Shown: positions 63,098 through 64,000 of the stretch, one piece after another | Position numbering within the stretch: position 1 is the stretch's first letter | How the letters are laid out: every line of letters begins with the position of its first letter | Source of the DNA: Octopus sinensis | Taxonomy: Eukaryota | Direction: 5' to 3' | Assembly (NCBI RefSeq): GCF_006345805.1 | Contig: NC_043022.1 | Coordinates: 7,936,001-8,000,000, forward strand | DNA length: 64,000 nucleotides | The notes under the pieces: model-generated | What the model saw: the letters and a program-made list of their open reading frames with translations, nothing else | Told to the model about the DNA's origin: nothing | Database searches by the model: none | Program-made: the position numbers and the translations under genes

Positions 63098-64000
63098 CCT
63101 TTTTACTAAAGCCATGGGGCCTGAAATTTTTGGGAAGGGGACTAGTTGATTACATCGACCCCAGTATTTTACTGGTACTTATTTTATCAACCCTGAAAGA
63201 ATGAAAGTCATATTTGACCTCGGCAGAATTTGAACCCGGAATGCGAAGACAGACAAAATACCGCAAAGCATTTCACTTGGCGTGCTAATGATTCTGCCAG
63301 CTTGCCACCTTAAATAATAATAATAAGAGTGTTATCATGTATATGTTTTATCTTGGTATAAAACATGGGCTACAGCAAATATTCTGCTCAATACCACAGA
63401 TTTGCTTGTCAGTTGCTTAACCATAACCAGTTGAGCATGTCCTTTAGTGGCTGATGATATGTGCATCTCTGATCATGAACAGAAGTAGGTGGGGAGCATC
63501 ATAGCCATGTGTTGAGAGGAATTCTTTGGGATTTGAATAATACACCTCTGGAAACATGGGTGCTTCGTTCAACCCTTATTCAAGTACCTTGTGAGCCGAA
63601 TGGGTTTCTTGACCAGAAAAAATTCTAACTGCGCCCCACCTGCAAAGTCATGTGATGTTTATCTTGATATGAGATCAATAAGGACATTCACATATGGTTG
63701 TGATGTATGTGCCTTTTGTACCTTTATCAGACGGGTAGTCATGATGGGTATACTGGGCTTCATATATTTTACCTTTGTCACTTTGATGGCATGCATTGCT
63801 CTCTCACTAAACAACAACAATAATAATAATAATAATAATAATGATGATGGTTTCAAATTTTGACACAAGGCCAGGAATTTGGGGGAGGAGGTAAATCGAT
63901 TACATCAACCCCAGTGCTCAGTTAGTACTTATTTCATTGAACCAGAAACGATGAAAGTCAACCTTGGTGGAATTTGAACTCAGAACATTAAGACAGATGA
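62360..64000 (-). mobile_element. Cluster of about five SINE family B copies in (AAT)n, plus an unclassified repeat at 63330-63830
   Basis: Repeated CTGGTACTT..GAAAGGATGAAAG..GACCTCGGCAGAATTTGAAC blocks, all on the minus strand. Confidence 0.85.

Overview
AT-rich, non-genic or intronic eukaryotic DNA, packed with microsatellites and with a 100-N assembly gap at 6309-6408. Its repeat families look like those of octopus (coleoid cephalopod); this is an inference from memory, not a search. No full host gene is present. There is one good orphan coding exon on the minus strand (32566-32648) and one weaker candidate. Almost all ORFs in the supplied track are microsatellite translations. The rest is transposon-derived: tRNA-headed SINEs of at least 4 families, Tc1/mariner copies and MITEs, Tigger/pogo, piggyBac-type TTAA elements, a MULE fossil, R4/Dong-like RLE LINE 3' ends inside (TAA)n tracts, RTE and L1/Tx1 fragments, and Penelope-like GIY-YIG fossils. 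The most interesting signal, found by reading the sequence, is a set of type I hammerhead-ribozyme motifs from several unrelated repeat families. These include a 487-bp tandem unit with a hammerhead in each copy (retrozyme-like, 13.3-14.2 kb), an apparently intact hammerhead with a G.U-rich long helix II (49.3 kb), a tRNA-headed SINE ending in a minimal hammerhead with a 5' inversion and a 17-bp TSD (37.5-37.9 kb), and a fold-back element carrying a hammerhead (59.3 kb). All folds were done by eye; activity is untested.
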